A stretch of 63,527 nt of DNA, filler included, from Octopus bimaculoides (GCF_001194135.2; 5 parts of 5 records of this genome joined end to end with filler, not necessarily neighbours in it); one strand, 5' to 3'; shown: positions 12,620 through 25,170, numbered from the whole stretch's first letter. Notes: generated from the letters alone by a model not told the origin. Numbers and translations are program-made.

Positions 12620-14125
12620 CTTGTTATAACCACACGCTGAGACACAACCAGCGTCCTAGAGCGAGTGAACGATGAGAGATATTACAGTATGACTAAAATG
12701 TTGGGGAGGGCAAGTGGTAGGGTCAGTAGTGAAATATCTTCATGTAATACAACACATACATTTCAATTGATAGGGTTCTCCTAAGGATGTGGGCAATACT
12801 TTTCAGCACAATCTTTTGAATTTCTATGAGACATAGATCTGCCGAGATATTATGTAGATTTTTCTGACATCCATTACTTATCATACCAAGGGCACCCACA
12901 ATAACAGAAAAACTAGTCATTTTAAGATGCCACATCTTTTGTATTTCAATTTCCAGGTCCTTATATTTACTTCCTTTGTCAAATTCCTTGACAAATATAT
13001 TTTCATCAGTGGGAATACTTACATCTGTTAGTCTACAAATATTTTCGTCTCAATCTTTAATGACTATGTCTGGTCAATTATCCTGGCTCGTTCTGTCGGT
13101 GTTGACTGGAAAAACCCAGAGGATAGCGATATTTTCACATTCAGCAACTGGATCAGGATAATGGTAATACCAATAAGCAGGAGTGCTGTTTTTCTAGTGT
13201 TTGCATATTTTCCAATGTAAATATTGTGCTACTCTATCGTAGCGATATTTGCATTCGTTTGGTGTCAGCACAGGATATGCCGAGACAACAAGATCTACCA
13301 TTTCATCAAATTTATCGCAGAATCTACATTTGAGATCAGAACCGTTTTCTAAAAATTTAGCCTGATAGTTTTTGGTAAGCAAGCTTTGTATCTTGTGCCG
13401 CCAATATGAAGCCTTCAGTCTGCTTTCAGTCCTGAGCTTCTCAGCCATTAATGGATTATTCTTGGGCTACATCAGCATTTTGCCTCCGAAGTATATACTA
13501 TCCATTCCGAGGCTTCTGGACCCACTGCACCTCAGTTTGTTTTCCTCTGATCTTCTTTGCAATCTGCTTGATCCGTTTGGCTTGTTTGATAGCAGTGGCT
13601 TCATGTTCTTCATCTAATTCAGGGTTAATGCAATGTTCCTTGCAAATGTGCAAGCTTCTTTGACAATAGAATGTGATTTATTTTTTGCTGCTTTCTTGTT
13701 GCACGCATGCCACAGCATCCAGTCCTCTGTACTAGATAAGTACTTATTCATTGCTATTGTCGAGATCTTATAGCACAGTTCTACCTGCATCATTTCTCTT
13801 CTCCATTACTTCTAGGTAGTTACAGACGATCAACGTCTGGTTTAGGTGGGGCATGTTCTCAGATGTTAGTAGTTTTCTTGTCATCCTGTCCAGGCGTTGC
13901 AGTTCTATAAGATTCCAATTAATGATGTTAAAACTGTATTGGACTACTGGAAGTGCCAGGGTGGTAATGGCTTCGATGCGATTTTTGAATTTGATTTTAG
14001 TTTTTAGTATGAGTTGTGTTCTTCTGTAAAACTCCTTTCATAAGTTATTCCTTCAAAGTAGCATGCTGTATACCGTCTCCATTTATCCACAGGTATTTAT
14101 AGCTTCCTTGTGGGTCAAGCTCCTT
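12620..14125 (-). mobile_element. R4/Dong-type LINE 3' fragment D including 3' UTR
   Basis: DLKCRFCDKFDEMVDLVVSAYPVLTPNECKYRYDRVAQYLHWKIC; PDIVIKD..DVSIPTD..SKYKDLEIEIQKMWHLKMTSFSVIVGALGMI. Confidence 0.85.
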
Positions 14126-14168
14126 GATGGTAGTGTTAGTATGTAATTTAATGCACACTTATCAAGGC

Positions 14169-14235
<67 letters not shown>

Positions 14236-14559
14236 TCATCATTGTTGTTGTTGTTGTTGTTATCAATATTATTTGTGGCTCTATTCTTCCTCTAAATATG
14301 TTGTCTGTTTTGTCTTTTAAAATTTGAATAAATTTTACTTCGTCTTAGACAAATGAAGGAGGAATGAAGAAGAACAAAATGAGAATTTTCAGTAACCATA
14401 TCTCTTTGATTTCAATCATTGTTCCAAAGCTATGAAATCCGCTTGTACATGTACTGTTACAGAGAATACACTATTGATTACAGACCTATCCAGAAATGGT
14501 TTTCACGCATCCATCCACAGACACATCACGTTTCGTTCGGCCTGTTCACTTCAATAAGT

Positions 14560-15385
14560 ATTGGTTGAACAACTCACCCACGAAGATCCCTGCCAATCCA
14601 CCCGGGGAATGACTCAGCAAATGTGATGCTCTTATGAAACCGTCTGTCCTAAACTTCATTCGATAGTTAAAGTCCAAAACTTGGTGCATGAGTGCCAGAA
14701 GCTCTAAACGAAAGAGAAAGTTTTAGTCTACCATAAACGCCATCAGTTTACTCGCTCGAAACCAGATTACTGTTAGACCAATAGGGGATTGCCTTTCCGT
14801 ACCGTCACCTACGATACGAAGTGATGCATCTAAGTGAATATGAAGCAGATAAAAGAATGACTGATCCTGTACAAGCAATCAATGACGGGTGCTAAACCAG
14901 AGTTGCATCCACGGAGGATTGTGATATGCATCTTTTGGGACTTGATCTTTACGTCCATTAAATATATCGACTCAACGAGGTAATTAAGCTGAAACAACCA
15001 ACCGGCAAAACAGCGCACTTCTTCAACACGACAACGCTCTTCTCTATATCACTGGTTTGATCAAAAATGTTATTCAAAAGCCTGGTTGAGATATACCCAA
15101 CGTATTATTCTAAATAGTGCTTTCCGCTTATTGTATATTTCTGTAGCTCACCAAGAGTCTGTGAAGCAATTCGTTCAATAAGTACGTGTAATTGAAAACG
15201 TGCTTTATGAATTCTCCGAGGAAATAACCGTTGTTATCTGAAGTCAATGCATTTGCAAACTAGTGGGACGTTGGCATGAAGTCTTGAACGAGAGAATATA
15301 TTACTGGCTCATTTTCTGTAATGATGCATTAAAATTAATCATTACAATAAAAGAAAAACGAAGGAATTTATGTGACAGCACAATA
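14560..15385 (+). mobile_element. Mariner (Tc1/mariner) transposon remnant
   Basis: Decayed WVP-like, PELHPRRIVICIFWD and LQHDNA motifs; right end GGAATTTATGTGACAGCACAATA resembles a mariner TIR ending in TA. Confidence 0.7.
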
Positions 15386-17150
15386 GCATATGTAACATAA
15401 GTTAACCTTTACTTTGCATATTTTCATGTATTGTTTTTTTATTGAGATTTGATTAATTGTGAAATATTACAAACTGATCTTGAGAGCTGCAATGATGCTT
15501 CATATAATAATTGATTTAGAGTAATGATACTGATGATTGTGATTGTTTTAATTAAATTAGTTTTATCACACTTGTCTTTTATTTGTTTTTGTCGCTCTTC
15601 CTATTTTATCGACGTCTTTGTTGTCCAGAAGATGATACACTTTTGTTCTTCATTCTTAAATTGTCTTCAGCTTTAGATTGAACTGGTCATGACGTACTCA
15701 TTTAGAATCTCCCATCGTGAAAATTTTCTTAGTTCTAAATTCTATTTTTTAGTATTTGTCGATGATGTTACATTTGGACTTGTCTTTATTCGTTTTGCAC
15801 ATTTTAGCTGTATATTTGTGTTTATCCATCTCAATGTTAATTTATATAATTTTTACTGTAAATACGCTTCTTGGTTTCCTTCCGTAATGCATTTTCCTTT
15901 TTCATATTGTATTCGAATTTCTGAAATTATGATACTTTTTTTTTTTTCTTTGTGCCTATTTAGAATGTATCGTCATATGAAAAGCTGTGCTGAGGTATAA
16001 CGACATATTTATATCCGGAGTATTTTTCTTGCAAATCTTTTAGGATTATATTCATGTATTTACTTTTCATTATCTACAGAATGCTCACCTGTTCAAAATT
16101 TAATTTTTGTATGTTGAAACATAAGTAATAATATTTGTTGTGCAAATTATTTACTGATATAAAAGATATAAAAACACCGAAATTAAAAGATTCCAGCCAT
16201 TGAATGATATACTTCATGGTCTCTCTCAGTCAGATATAAATACCAGCTTCAACTACCAAGTAACACAGATTACAACTAAATTAAAATAGTAACAAAAAAA
16301 AATATGAGAAACTATTTATAACATTTAAAGCTGTGAGTAATTGACTTTCTCCATAACAATTTTAATAATTTATCTTTGTGCTATGAAAATTACTTAGACA
16401 GAGGTAATATGGATCTATCAGCAAAAACAGCAACAATCATTGAAGCACTTTAATAAATCAATCATTGAGTTATCCAGCCAATATATCGCTATCACATAAA
16501 CCAATAAATAACGTCTAATCAATTCTGTTTTGGCTTTGTGCAGCTTACTGAGAGTAATTTATTTCATTCAACACTTAATTCTCTGTAAATTGTGACTAGA
16601 ATATCCTCCTAACAGACGCTCGATGGTTTTATCTCAACTAATAACTGAGATAGAGTTGAATCTGTTTGTTGCTAAGTTTACATAGTCCAGTGATTACAAT
16701 AAATTTTTATAGTTAAAATTATTGGCCTAAATCTGTTTCATCAGCTGGAGAATCTATTTTTGCTTTCGAGACATATTTATGTACTCATATTTGCTAAAAC
16801 ATAGAGATTAATTTTAGAAAAGTAATTTTTCACGATCTTACATATTTAACACAATTATTGAAAGTTTTGATGCAATAAATAATATTAAAATAGGTAAGTC
16901 GGACAATGGTTCACAGCATCGTCTTCTTATTCACTAACAACTTGATAACTGTTAACACTATAGTACTTACTATAGACATTAACTTGTATCTGTAGAAAAT
17001 GTACACAATTCCATTACCTCAAAACACTCAAACTTTCAGAGTGTTAAATGTCTTTACTTTGTGATGATATCATCGCATTTGAAAACAAACTAGATCTGAA
17101 GATCACAGGTGGTCATTCAGTTGAGAATTCTGTCACATTTGTTTGCACAG

Positions 17151-17251
17151 TACCATCCTACCACAAAGAAGCGTGCAGAAATCATTGAAAAATCAGCGGA
17201 GATGGCACGTGTTCGGTGTACCACGCTGCTTCACACACTAATACCAGTTTA
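17151..17251 (+). CDS. Candidate internal exon of an unidentified protein (YHPTTKKRAEIIEKSAEMARVRCTTLLHTLIPV)
   Basis: Acceptor tttgtttgcacag, donor gtatgt, open in frame 0, higher GC than flanks. Confidence 0.25.
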
Positions 17252-17744
17252 GTATGTTTGTCAGCTAAACTCACTCACCTTACGCATTAGCAACTCAAAA
17301 AAGAACAAATTAATGAACCATGATATACAAAAAGCAAAAAGTGAATAGTCATTTAGGAAACAACTATATACAATTAAGTCAGCATAAACATGTCTGAATA
17401 GGGCATAATCGTCCATTATCAACAGTGAAAAGTAAACGAAAGTATAACATCGTAACCTAGATATATACATACAAACAAACAAATATATATATATACATAT
17501 AAATACATACATATATATATATATATATATANNNNNNNNNNNNNNNNNNNNNNNNNNNNNNNNNNNNNNNNNNNNNNNNNNNNNNNNNNNNNNNNNNNNN
17601 NNNNNNNNNNNNNNNNNNNNNNNNNNNNNNNNNNNNNNNNNNNNNNNNNNNNNNNNNNNNNNNNNNNNNNNNNNNNNNNNNNNNNNNNNNNNNNNNNNNN
17701 NNNNNATTCACAAATTCAAACGTGTATTGCATCTACCTAATAAT

Positions 17745-17777
<33 letters not shown>

Positions 17778-18299
17778 ATATATATATATTTATAATGATA
17801 TATAAATGTAATATCCAAGGATCCATGTGTAGGAGTTTAGTAAGATTCAATAAGTGCGAAGAAGGTAAAACGAAAAATAATTTTCAGGAAAAATTATAGT
17901 TTATTGGCGTAAAAGGGAGCGAATTTTCTCATATTGATGTTCGGAAAAGGTTATCTAATAGCTCACAGTTAGCAAGCGGAGTTGTTGTGTATGCTAATAA
18001 AAATCTAATTTGAAAGAATGGAGCAGGAAAAATCCAGGCTACACATGTTCCCGAGCTAGCAGAACCTCGGAAGTACTAATTACTCAACGAAGTGTACTCC
18101 GCTAGCTATTCACCTGGCCATAGATACCTTAATCAAACGAAGGTTACACTGACATCGAAAGAAACTAAATTATATTCGGCTTGATGAGCAGCCAGTGGAG
18201 CACCTTTCGCTGAGTAATTATTACATCCGAGATTATGCCATCTAAGAAACTTATGTACACTGGTTTTACCTTCTCCGTTCCCTAAAAAACATATATGAG

Positions 18300-18630
18300 A
18301 ATGTGCATGGCTCAGTGTTGAGGGTTTCAAACTTACGAGTGCGAAGTTGTGAGTTTGATTCGTGGGCCGGGCTGCCTGTTGTGTTCTTGAGCAAGACACT
18401 TTATTTCACGTTACTCCAGATCACTCAGCATTTGCCTTTCTCCTGGATAACAACGGTAGCGTGTACAGGGGAGGTTGGTATGCATGGGCGAGTGCCTGTC
18501 TTCCAGAAAACAACCCCAGGTGGCACGTTTGCCAGTGAGACGACTTTCTGGCCAGATTTGTACCCCGGAAGAAAACCTCTTAGGTGTACCCATGATCATT
18601 CGCGACCGCCGGAGACGAGTCGAGACTTTT
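18300..18630 (+). mobile_element. tRNA-derived CORE-like SINE
   Basis: Head GCATGGCTCAGTG..GAGTTTGATTC, then TGTGTTCTTGAGCAAGACACTTTATTTCACG. Confidence 0.7.
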
Positions 18631-18751
18631 TAGTTGTACATTATGTTACATTATATTATATATAGTTATTACATATATACATACATACAGCCTTTCTACA
18701 TACGTTTATCTTAATATATAGTGTGTATACACACACACATACACACACACA

Positions 18752-18827
<76 letters not shown>

Positions 18828-19489
18828 CATATATCTGCTTATTTACTACTATTTATTTCTCTAATACTTATTGTTCCTTATCTTAATTTTAATTTTTTTG
18901 ATCTTTACTATTTATCGTCTTGCATCTCTATCTTATTCTGCATATATTTATACTAGTTTTATGTTTTCGAAACTCTATTCCGCTCACCTTAATGGTTTTA
19001 TAATATTCCATTGCGGTCAATGGTTTTATTTTTTTCATCAAGTAGTGTTGAAATATAGCTGCATGTGCGGCTAAATGTTTTATCGCTGTATTAGTAATCC
19101 TGAATAATTATACATAGGTACTAGTTATTGCATTATTCTGAATACTCAAGACTGATTGTCTGATAAAGTATCATGAGAATTTCTGCGTTTTTTTTTGTAT
19201 TGGACTTGCAAGATCTTTGAGGTGAACACATGTTTGGAAACAATTTATCTCGGAATGTCTCACTATGTCAATATTAAACACCTATTCTATTTCATATCCT
19301 CTATCATTATTAATCGATTAGTTGGCAATTGGTTAACCAGTCAGAGAGGAAGCAAAGTTGGATTAGAGATGTTATGTTATTGATTACGACGCGAATGACA
19401 ACCAAAGAAATTTGACAAAACTAACTGATTGATTGACCGAGCGATTAATAAAACAATCGATTATTTAATTGCTGAAATAGTTAACTAAT

Positions 19490-19491
19490 TG

Positions 19492-19553
<62 letters not shown>

Positions 19554-19555
19554 TG

Positions 19556-19628
<73 letters not shown>

Positions 19629-19812
19629 TGATAGTAATACAAAGAAGAAGAAGGTGGAGAAGAATAAGGTGGAGAAGAAGAAGAAGAAGAAGAAGAAGAA
19701 GAAGAAGAAGAAGAAGAAGAAGAAGAAGAAGAAGAAGAAGAATGAATGAATGAATGAATGAATGAATGAATGAAGGAAGGAAGGAAGGAAGGAAGGAAGG
19801 AAGGAAGGAAGG
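19490..19812. repeat. Compound microsatellite (AAT)n-(AAG)n-(GAAT)n-(GAAG)n
   Basis: Seen directly. Confidence 0.97.
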
Positions 19813-19819
19813 AATTACA

Positions 19820-20470
19820 TAAAATACAGAATAGACAACACGTCAAATAGTGATAAATGTAGAATCTACAGACAAAACGGTGAAACCGTTGCGACACTAG
19901 CACCGAAAGAATATAAGAGACATCATAACAATATAGCAAGGATTATCCATTGGACATTTTGCAACGGGTATGTATTTGATAGAGCAAAAATGTGTTAAGA
20001 ACATAAACCCGAAGGCATCATCGAAAATGATTTTGGGAAGATACTACGGCATTTTATGATTCAGTGCGACAGTGAGATAGATAGTAGGAGACCAGACATA
20101 GTGTTAATTGAGAAAGAAAGCAAACGATGCTGGATCATATATGTAGGATGCCCTGCTGACAACAAGCTATGCGAAGAAAGAAAAGTTGATAAATATAACA
20201 GGTCATCTTGAGAGATTAAGCAATTGTAGTCGATGAAAAAGGTGGTAGTAATATCAATAATTGTTAGAGCCCTGGGAAAAGTGAGTAAAAATCTTGAGAA
20301 GACCATGGAACAAACTGGGGCTGTTATAAGGGCGGAGCACTTGCAGAAAACAGCACTCCTTGGAACCGCTCGAATACTCCAGAAGAGTAGGGGGTGTTTC
20401 CTTAGTTCACTGGTAGTGTACAGCTGGCGCCGTAGTACATCTCCGGTATTAGAAGCTTTACAATGACAAT
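19820..20470 (+). mobile_element. R4/Dong-type LINE 3' fragment E with (AAC)n(AAT)n tail
   Basis: KCRIYRQNGETV, RPDIVLIEKESKRCWII, VVVISIIVRALGKV..LQKTALLGTARILQK. Confidence 0.85.
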
Positions 20471-20486
20471 GGAATAATACTAATAG

Positions 20487-20530
<44 letters not shown>

Positions 20531-20538
20531 ACAAAAAC

Positions 20539-20638
<100 letters not shown>

Positions 20639-20699
20639 TATATGAACTTCGGATTAGAAAGTACATGGCTTTACCAAGGAAATAGATATGAAATTCGGA

Positions 20700-21537
20700 T
20701 TAGAAAAATGTGCCAAAGCAACCCTGAAAAGAGGAAAATTAGTTAAAAGTAACACTAGATAAAGCCAATGAAATAAGAGAACTACACGAAAGCCAACCAT
20801 ACACATATTTAGGAGTCAATGAACTAGATGGGATACAGCATACACGAATGAAAGAAAAAATAAAGAAAGAGTACTATAGACGAGTTAGATCAATACTAAA
20901 AACAGAGTTCAATGCTAAAAACAAGATAATGAGTATCAACACTTTAGCTGTCCCAGTTATAAGCTACAGCTACAACATCCTTAACTGGACACTAAACGAA
21001 CTATCTAAAATAGACAGGAAAACAAGAAAAATAATGACAGGATATAGGATGCACCACCCAAAACCTGACATAGAAAGGCTATATATACAACGCACAGAAG
21101 GTGACAGGGGTTTTATACAGCTGGAAAACTATTATAAAATAACCACTATACGAATGCAAAAATACCTACTACACAAGCAAGGAAAACTAATACAAATAGC
21201 CACAAAAAACGAGCAAAACAAAAAACTGTTTTAAGTATTTAAGGAAGCTGACAAATACAAACCAGAAATCATACTACCTAACAAATACGAAGAAGAAGAA
21301 GAAGAAGAAACAACAAAAGCTATAAAATAAATGAAATCCAAACTAAAACTAGAACAGCAACGGACCATGATAAAACGATGGCAAGAAAAGCCCCTACATT
21401 GTAAATACTGAGGTAAACTAAATGCAAAAGAAATAGACAGAGAAAAATCCCAGCAATGGTTGAGACGCTCAGGACTCAAAGCAGAGACTGAAGGATTTTT
21501 AATTGCTGCACAAGACCAAAGCCTCCCCACCAGAAAT
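20700..21537 (+). mobile_element. R4/Dong-type LINE fragment F (RT thumb to CCHC lead-in), relatively well preserved
   Basis: ORF 20848-21234 MKEKIKKEYYRRVRSILKTE..YSYNILNWTLNELSKIDRKTRK..MHHPKPDIERLY; WLRRSGLKAETEGFLIAAQDQSLPTRN runs into a gap. Confidence 0.9.
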
Positions 21538-21666
21538 NNNNNNNNNNNNNNNNNNNNNNNNNNNNNNNNNNNNNNNNNNNNTTAATTAATTAANNNNNNN
21601 NNNNNNNNNNNNNNNNNNNNNNNNNNNNNNNNNNNNNATATGCTTTATTTAAAAGCAGCAGAAATA

Positions 21667-21723
21667 TAACAAAAAAACCGTTACTCTGAGTTTCACGTTC
21701 CCGTTCATCGGACAGTTTTGTTA
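21667..21723 (-). ncRNA. Type I hammerhead ribozyme (U4C core variant) in a Penelope-like terminal fragment
   Basis: Minus strand: TAAC-AAAACTGT | CCGATGA | ACG-GGAA-CGT | GAAA | CT-CAG-AG-T | A | ACGGTTTT-TTT-GTTA. All three stems pair, and AATAAA lies about 20 nt downstream. Confidence 0.7.
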
Positions 21724-21727
21724 GAAA

Positions 21728-21886
21728 TGGGATTCTTTCAGTTTCTGTCTACCAAATCCACTCACAAGGCTTTGGTCAGCCTGAGGCTATAATAGAAAAC
21801 ACTCACCAAAGGTGCCAGGCAGTGGGACTGAACCTGGAACCATGTGGTTGAGAAGCAAGCTTCTTACCACACAGCCACACCTGCGC
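21728..21886 (-). mobile_element. tRNA-derived CORE-type SINE (family B)
   Basis: Reverse complement of GGCTGTGTGGTAAGAAGCTTGCTT..CCACTG..CCTTTGGTGAGTGTTTTCTATTATAGCCTC. Confidence 0.85.
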
Positions 21887-21904
21887 TTATGTATGATTAA
21901 TTTA

Positions 21905-22210
21905 AAACAATGTAGGCTCCTGTAGGATTTTCGAGCGAGATCGTTGCCAGTGCCCCTGGACTGGCTTGTGCGGGTGGCACATAAAAGACACCATTTCGAG
22001 CGTGGCCGTTTTCGTGCGGGTGACACGTAAAAGCACCCACTACACTCTCTGAGTGGTTGGCGTTAGGAAGGGCATCCAGCTGTAGAAACTCTGCCAAATC
22101 AGACTGGAGCCTGGTGTTGCCATCCAGTTTCACCAGTCCTCAGTCAAATCGTCCAACCCATGCTAGCATGGAAAGCGGACGTTAAACAATGATGATGATG
22201 ATGATGATGA
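21905..22210 (+). mobile_element. Young SINE with GGCGTTAGGAAGGGCATCCAGC (Meta-like) domain and RTE-type (GAT)n tail (family D)
   Basis: Differs from the inverted copy at 52135-52380 at only 3 positions over about 240 bp by manual comparison. Confidence 0.85.
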
Positions 22211-22943
22211 ATGTGAATAAGTACTACTTTTGACAGTGTAGTATAAAGTATAAAGTAGCTGAGAATTTAGTCCAGTTGTTGAATAAATTTCATAAAAATC
22301 AGATGAGAGGTTTGTTATTTTTATTTCCCTCATCTATTGGTAACAAATACAAAATAGTTTTGGTGACAAGATATGAACCACTCATTCACTGGTTGATAGT
22401 CAGGCAAAATATCAACTCAGCCAGTAATTGATTTTTCTTGTAAATCTTATTGATCTGTGTACACTGCTGTTGTACCAGTTCACTCACCCCAACTCTCACT
22501 CACAGAAATATTAGCCTTTGGTACACAACAGCAGCAGCAATAACAAAAACAACATCAAACATAGAAAACAAAAATCAATACTAATGAATTATTATGCTAC
22601 AGTCAACAATGGCAAAACTATAAAATAAATTAATAAAGGTTAATAACATCAACAATAGCACACAAAACCTTTCCAGTCTTGTAAATTCCATATACCACTA
22701 TTATCCAACATTCTAAATATAACCACTAACTGTTTCATATGTGATAAATTATTCAGCCATATCTCACACTCCCTAACAGTAGCACAGTATGACGAGGACC
22801 CTACCACCATGCAGTAGCAGATGGGAGACTTAAATTTCAATGAAACAAAAAAATATATCAGGAAATATTGAGTTATTTCTACAAACAAGACTAATATATT
22901 AGAGTAGTTAATTTATTCATGCACTAGACAAACAGACAGACTA

Positions 22944-23055
22944 GGTGCAGGTGTAACTGTGTAGTTATGAAGTTTGCTTTCCATCAATAGGATTTGGTGT
23001 TCAGCCCCACTGCGTGGTACCTTGGGAAGGTATCTTCTAATATAGCCCATAGCCC

Positions 23056-23090
<35 letters not shown>

Positions 23091-23310
23091 ACGCATGGGT
23101 GTGCAGATATATGTGTGTGTGTGTGTGTCCTTGTCTTGACATTGAGTGGTAGTTATAGATGATGTATTCCAAAAGTCTGCGAAAATATGTCTAGCAATGG
23201 AGAAGAATTACCTTGCTTATAATAAGTGAGGATTGGCAAGAAGAAGGGAACCCAACCATAGAAAATCTGCCTCAAATTCTATCCAACCTATGCAAGCATG
23301 GACAAGTGGA
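22944..23310 (+). mobile_element. Family B SINE with family D-like tail, CpG-decayed
   Basis: GTTCAGCCCCACTGCGTGGTACCTTGGGAAGGTATCTTC; tail ATAGAAAATCTGCCTC..GCAAGCATGGA. Confidence 0.7.
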
Positions 23311-23337
23311 TAGACTTATACATACAAATATATATAC

Positions 23338-23373
<36 letters not shown>

Positions 23374-23379
23374 GTAACA

Positions 23380-23555
23380 ACATCGAAAAATACCTTAGGA
23401 ATGAGAAACCAGGCTCGAAATTTCCCCAAAACACCTGATGAAGGCTGGAGGGTATATCAGCCGAAACATTGTGTTAACAACAAACAAGATGAGGACAAGT
23501 ATCCATCAAATGTAAACAATGTACATAATTCCTCATCTCTTAACTATAGATCTGT
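23380..23555 (+). mobile_element. Penelope-like element terminal repeat (pLTR) piece
   Basis: Carries the CCTGATGAAGG..CCGAAAC signature; flanked by (AAT)n. Confidence 0.65.
23430..23475 (+). ncRNA. Minimal type I hammerhead ribozyme, probably inactivated
   Basis: AACAC | CTGATGA-A | GGCTG-GAGGGTATAT-CAGCC | GAAAC-ATT | GTGTT. Stem III would be the palindrome AACGTT but has G to A at 23468. Confidence 0.65.
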
Positions 23556-24596
23556 ATTCAACTCATTTGTTCTTGTATTTCATGCTGTTTACTGTTTGTG
23601 ACATCCTGTATCTATATATGTGTATGCATGTGTGTGTGCATATATATATATTATTTATATTATTATTTGAACACCACGCATCCATTTCCAGTTAAGTTTA
23701 CCTTAATCTTTTTGATGCAACTCTACCCTATACTGTTCTCTCCCCCAATCGTTTTCTCTCTATCTCTCTCTCTCTTCTATCTTCTCTTTTGCCAAACCTC
23801 CATCTTTGTTTTTGTTCGATTTCCTTCTATGTCACCACTGTACTGTTTTTGTTACCAACTTTGACCCTCCATAAATGCCAAATCTTATTTTGGCTTTTGT
23901 GGGAGCAACTGCCTTTGAAGACTCATATTGTCATTCAATGCTCAAAATGAGGAGTAGATAGGCAGCCAACAACTGATGAAGGGTCGTTTTTTATGTTACT
24001 TGTCATGTTTTCCATTTGTTTCTCTCGGTGTTTGCATATTCAACTCATATGTTCTTGTATTTCATGTTTACTGTTTGTTTCGTATTTCATGTTGCTTACT
24101 GTTTGTGACGACCTGTACCCATATATGCACAAACACGTGTGGTTTGTGTGTGTGTGTGTGTGTGTCTGTATATATATATATATATACACACCCACATATA
24201 TATATACACACCCACATATATATATATATACACACCCATATATCTCATGATGATGATGATATATATACACATCCACATACATATATATGCATACATATAT
24301 ACAAACATGTATATACAAATAAACAGATACGTAAATACAAATATATACACACACACACACACACAAATATGCATACATACACATATACACACATACAAAC
24401 ACACACACACACATATACATCCCAGCACGATTACATGTAGTCAACTAAAAGTGAATTTAATCTGTGGGGTATCACTTAATCTGGTTCAACCATTTTTATC
24501 CATTGCCTATATATGGAAATAATGAAATAAACTATAGCCTTGCAAAAGATATAACCCATATGAAGTATAAAATAATGGAATAGCTATGTACAGTAC

Positions 24597-24638
24597 CTTG
24601 GCAAAGAGCCTTTAGTACTGCCACAAGCTGACCCATGC
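24597..24638 (-). CDS. Candidate 42-nt internal exon (MGQLVAVLKALCQ), phase 1-1
   Basis: Donor AAG|gtactg; acceptor ttctattcataag (AAG, weaker); frame-preserving length. Confidence 0.25.
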
Positions 24639-24944
24639 CTTATGAATAGAATTGATAGTGGGAAAAATGTATGGAACTTCATATGAATGTTTATAAATAT
24701 ATTATGTAGTGAAGAGTGCATAAATATCACGTTTCTACATATTTTCTTAAATGAATAAATAAATGTTGGAAAAAAATAACATAAAATAGCTCCAAACAAT
24801 TACAGCTGCTTTAATGTGTTCCACATTTAGTAATACTATAGAGCTAGTAACAACAACACCAACAACCAATAACAACAATATAATAGACAACAAAAAGGTG
24901 CAGAAGAAATCAATAAAACCAAAAGTGTTTTTTTTTTAAACTAA

Positions 24945-25093
24945 TATGGCTGTGTGGTAAGGGGCTTGCTTTCCAACCACATGGTTCCAGGTTCAGTCCC
25001 ACTGTGTGGCACCTTGGGCAAGTGTCTTCTGCTATAGCCTCAGGCTGACCAAAGCGTTGTGAGTGGATTTGGTAGACAGAAACTGAAAGAAGC

Positions 25094-25170
<77 letters not shown>

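Noticed and set aside
18133-18399. FLGNGEGKTS P-loop-like peptide
   Set aside because: Spacing does not fit GxxxxGK[ST], and the ORF starts inside an antisense SINE.
21582-21593. TTAATTAATTAA palindrome embedded in N-runs (also at 52425, 58320 and 60491)
   Set aside because: An identical 12-mer in the middle of four ~100-nt gaps is a scaffolding marker, not biology.
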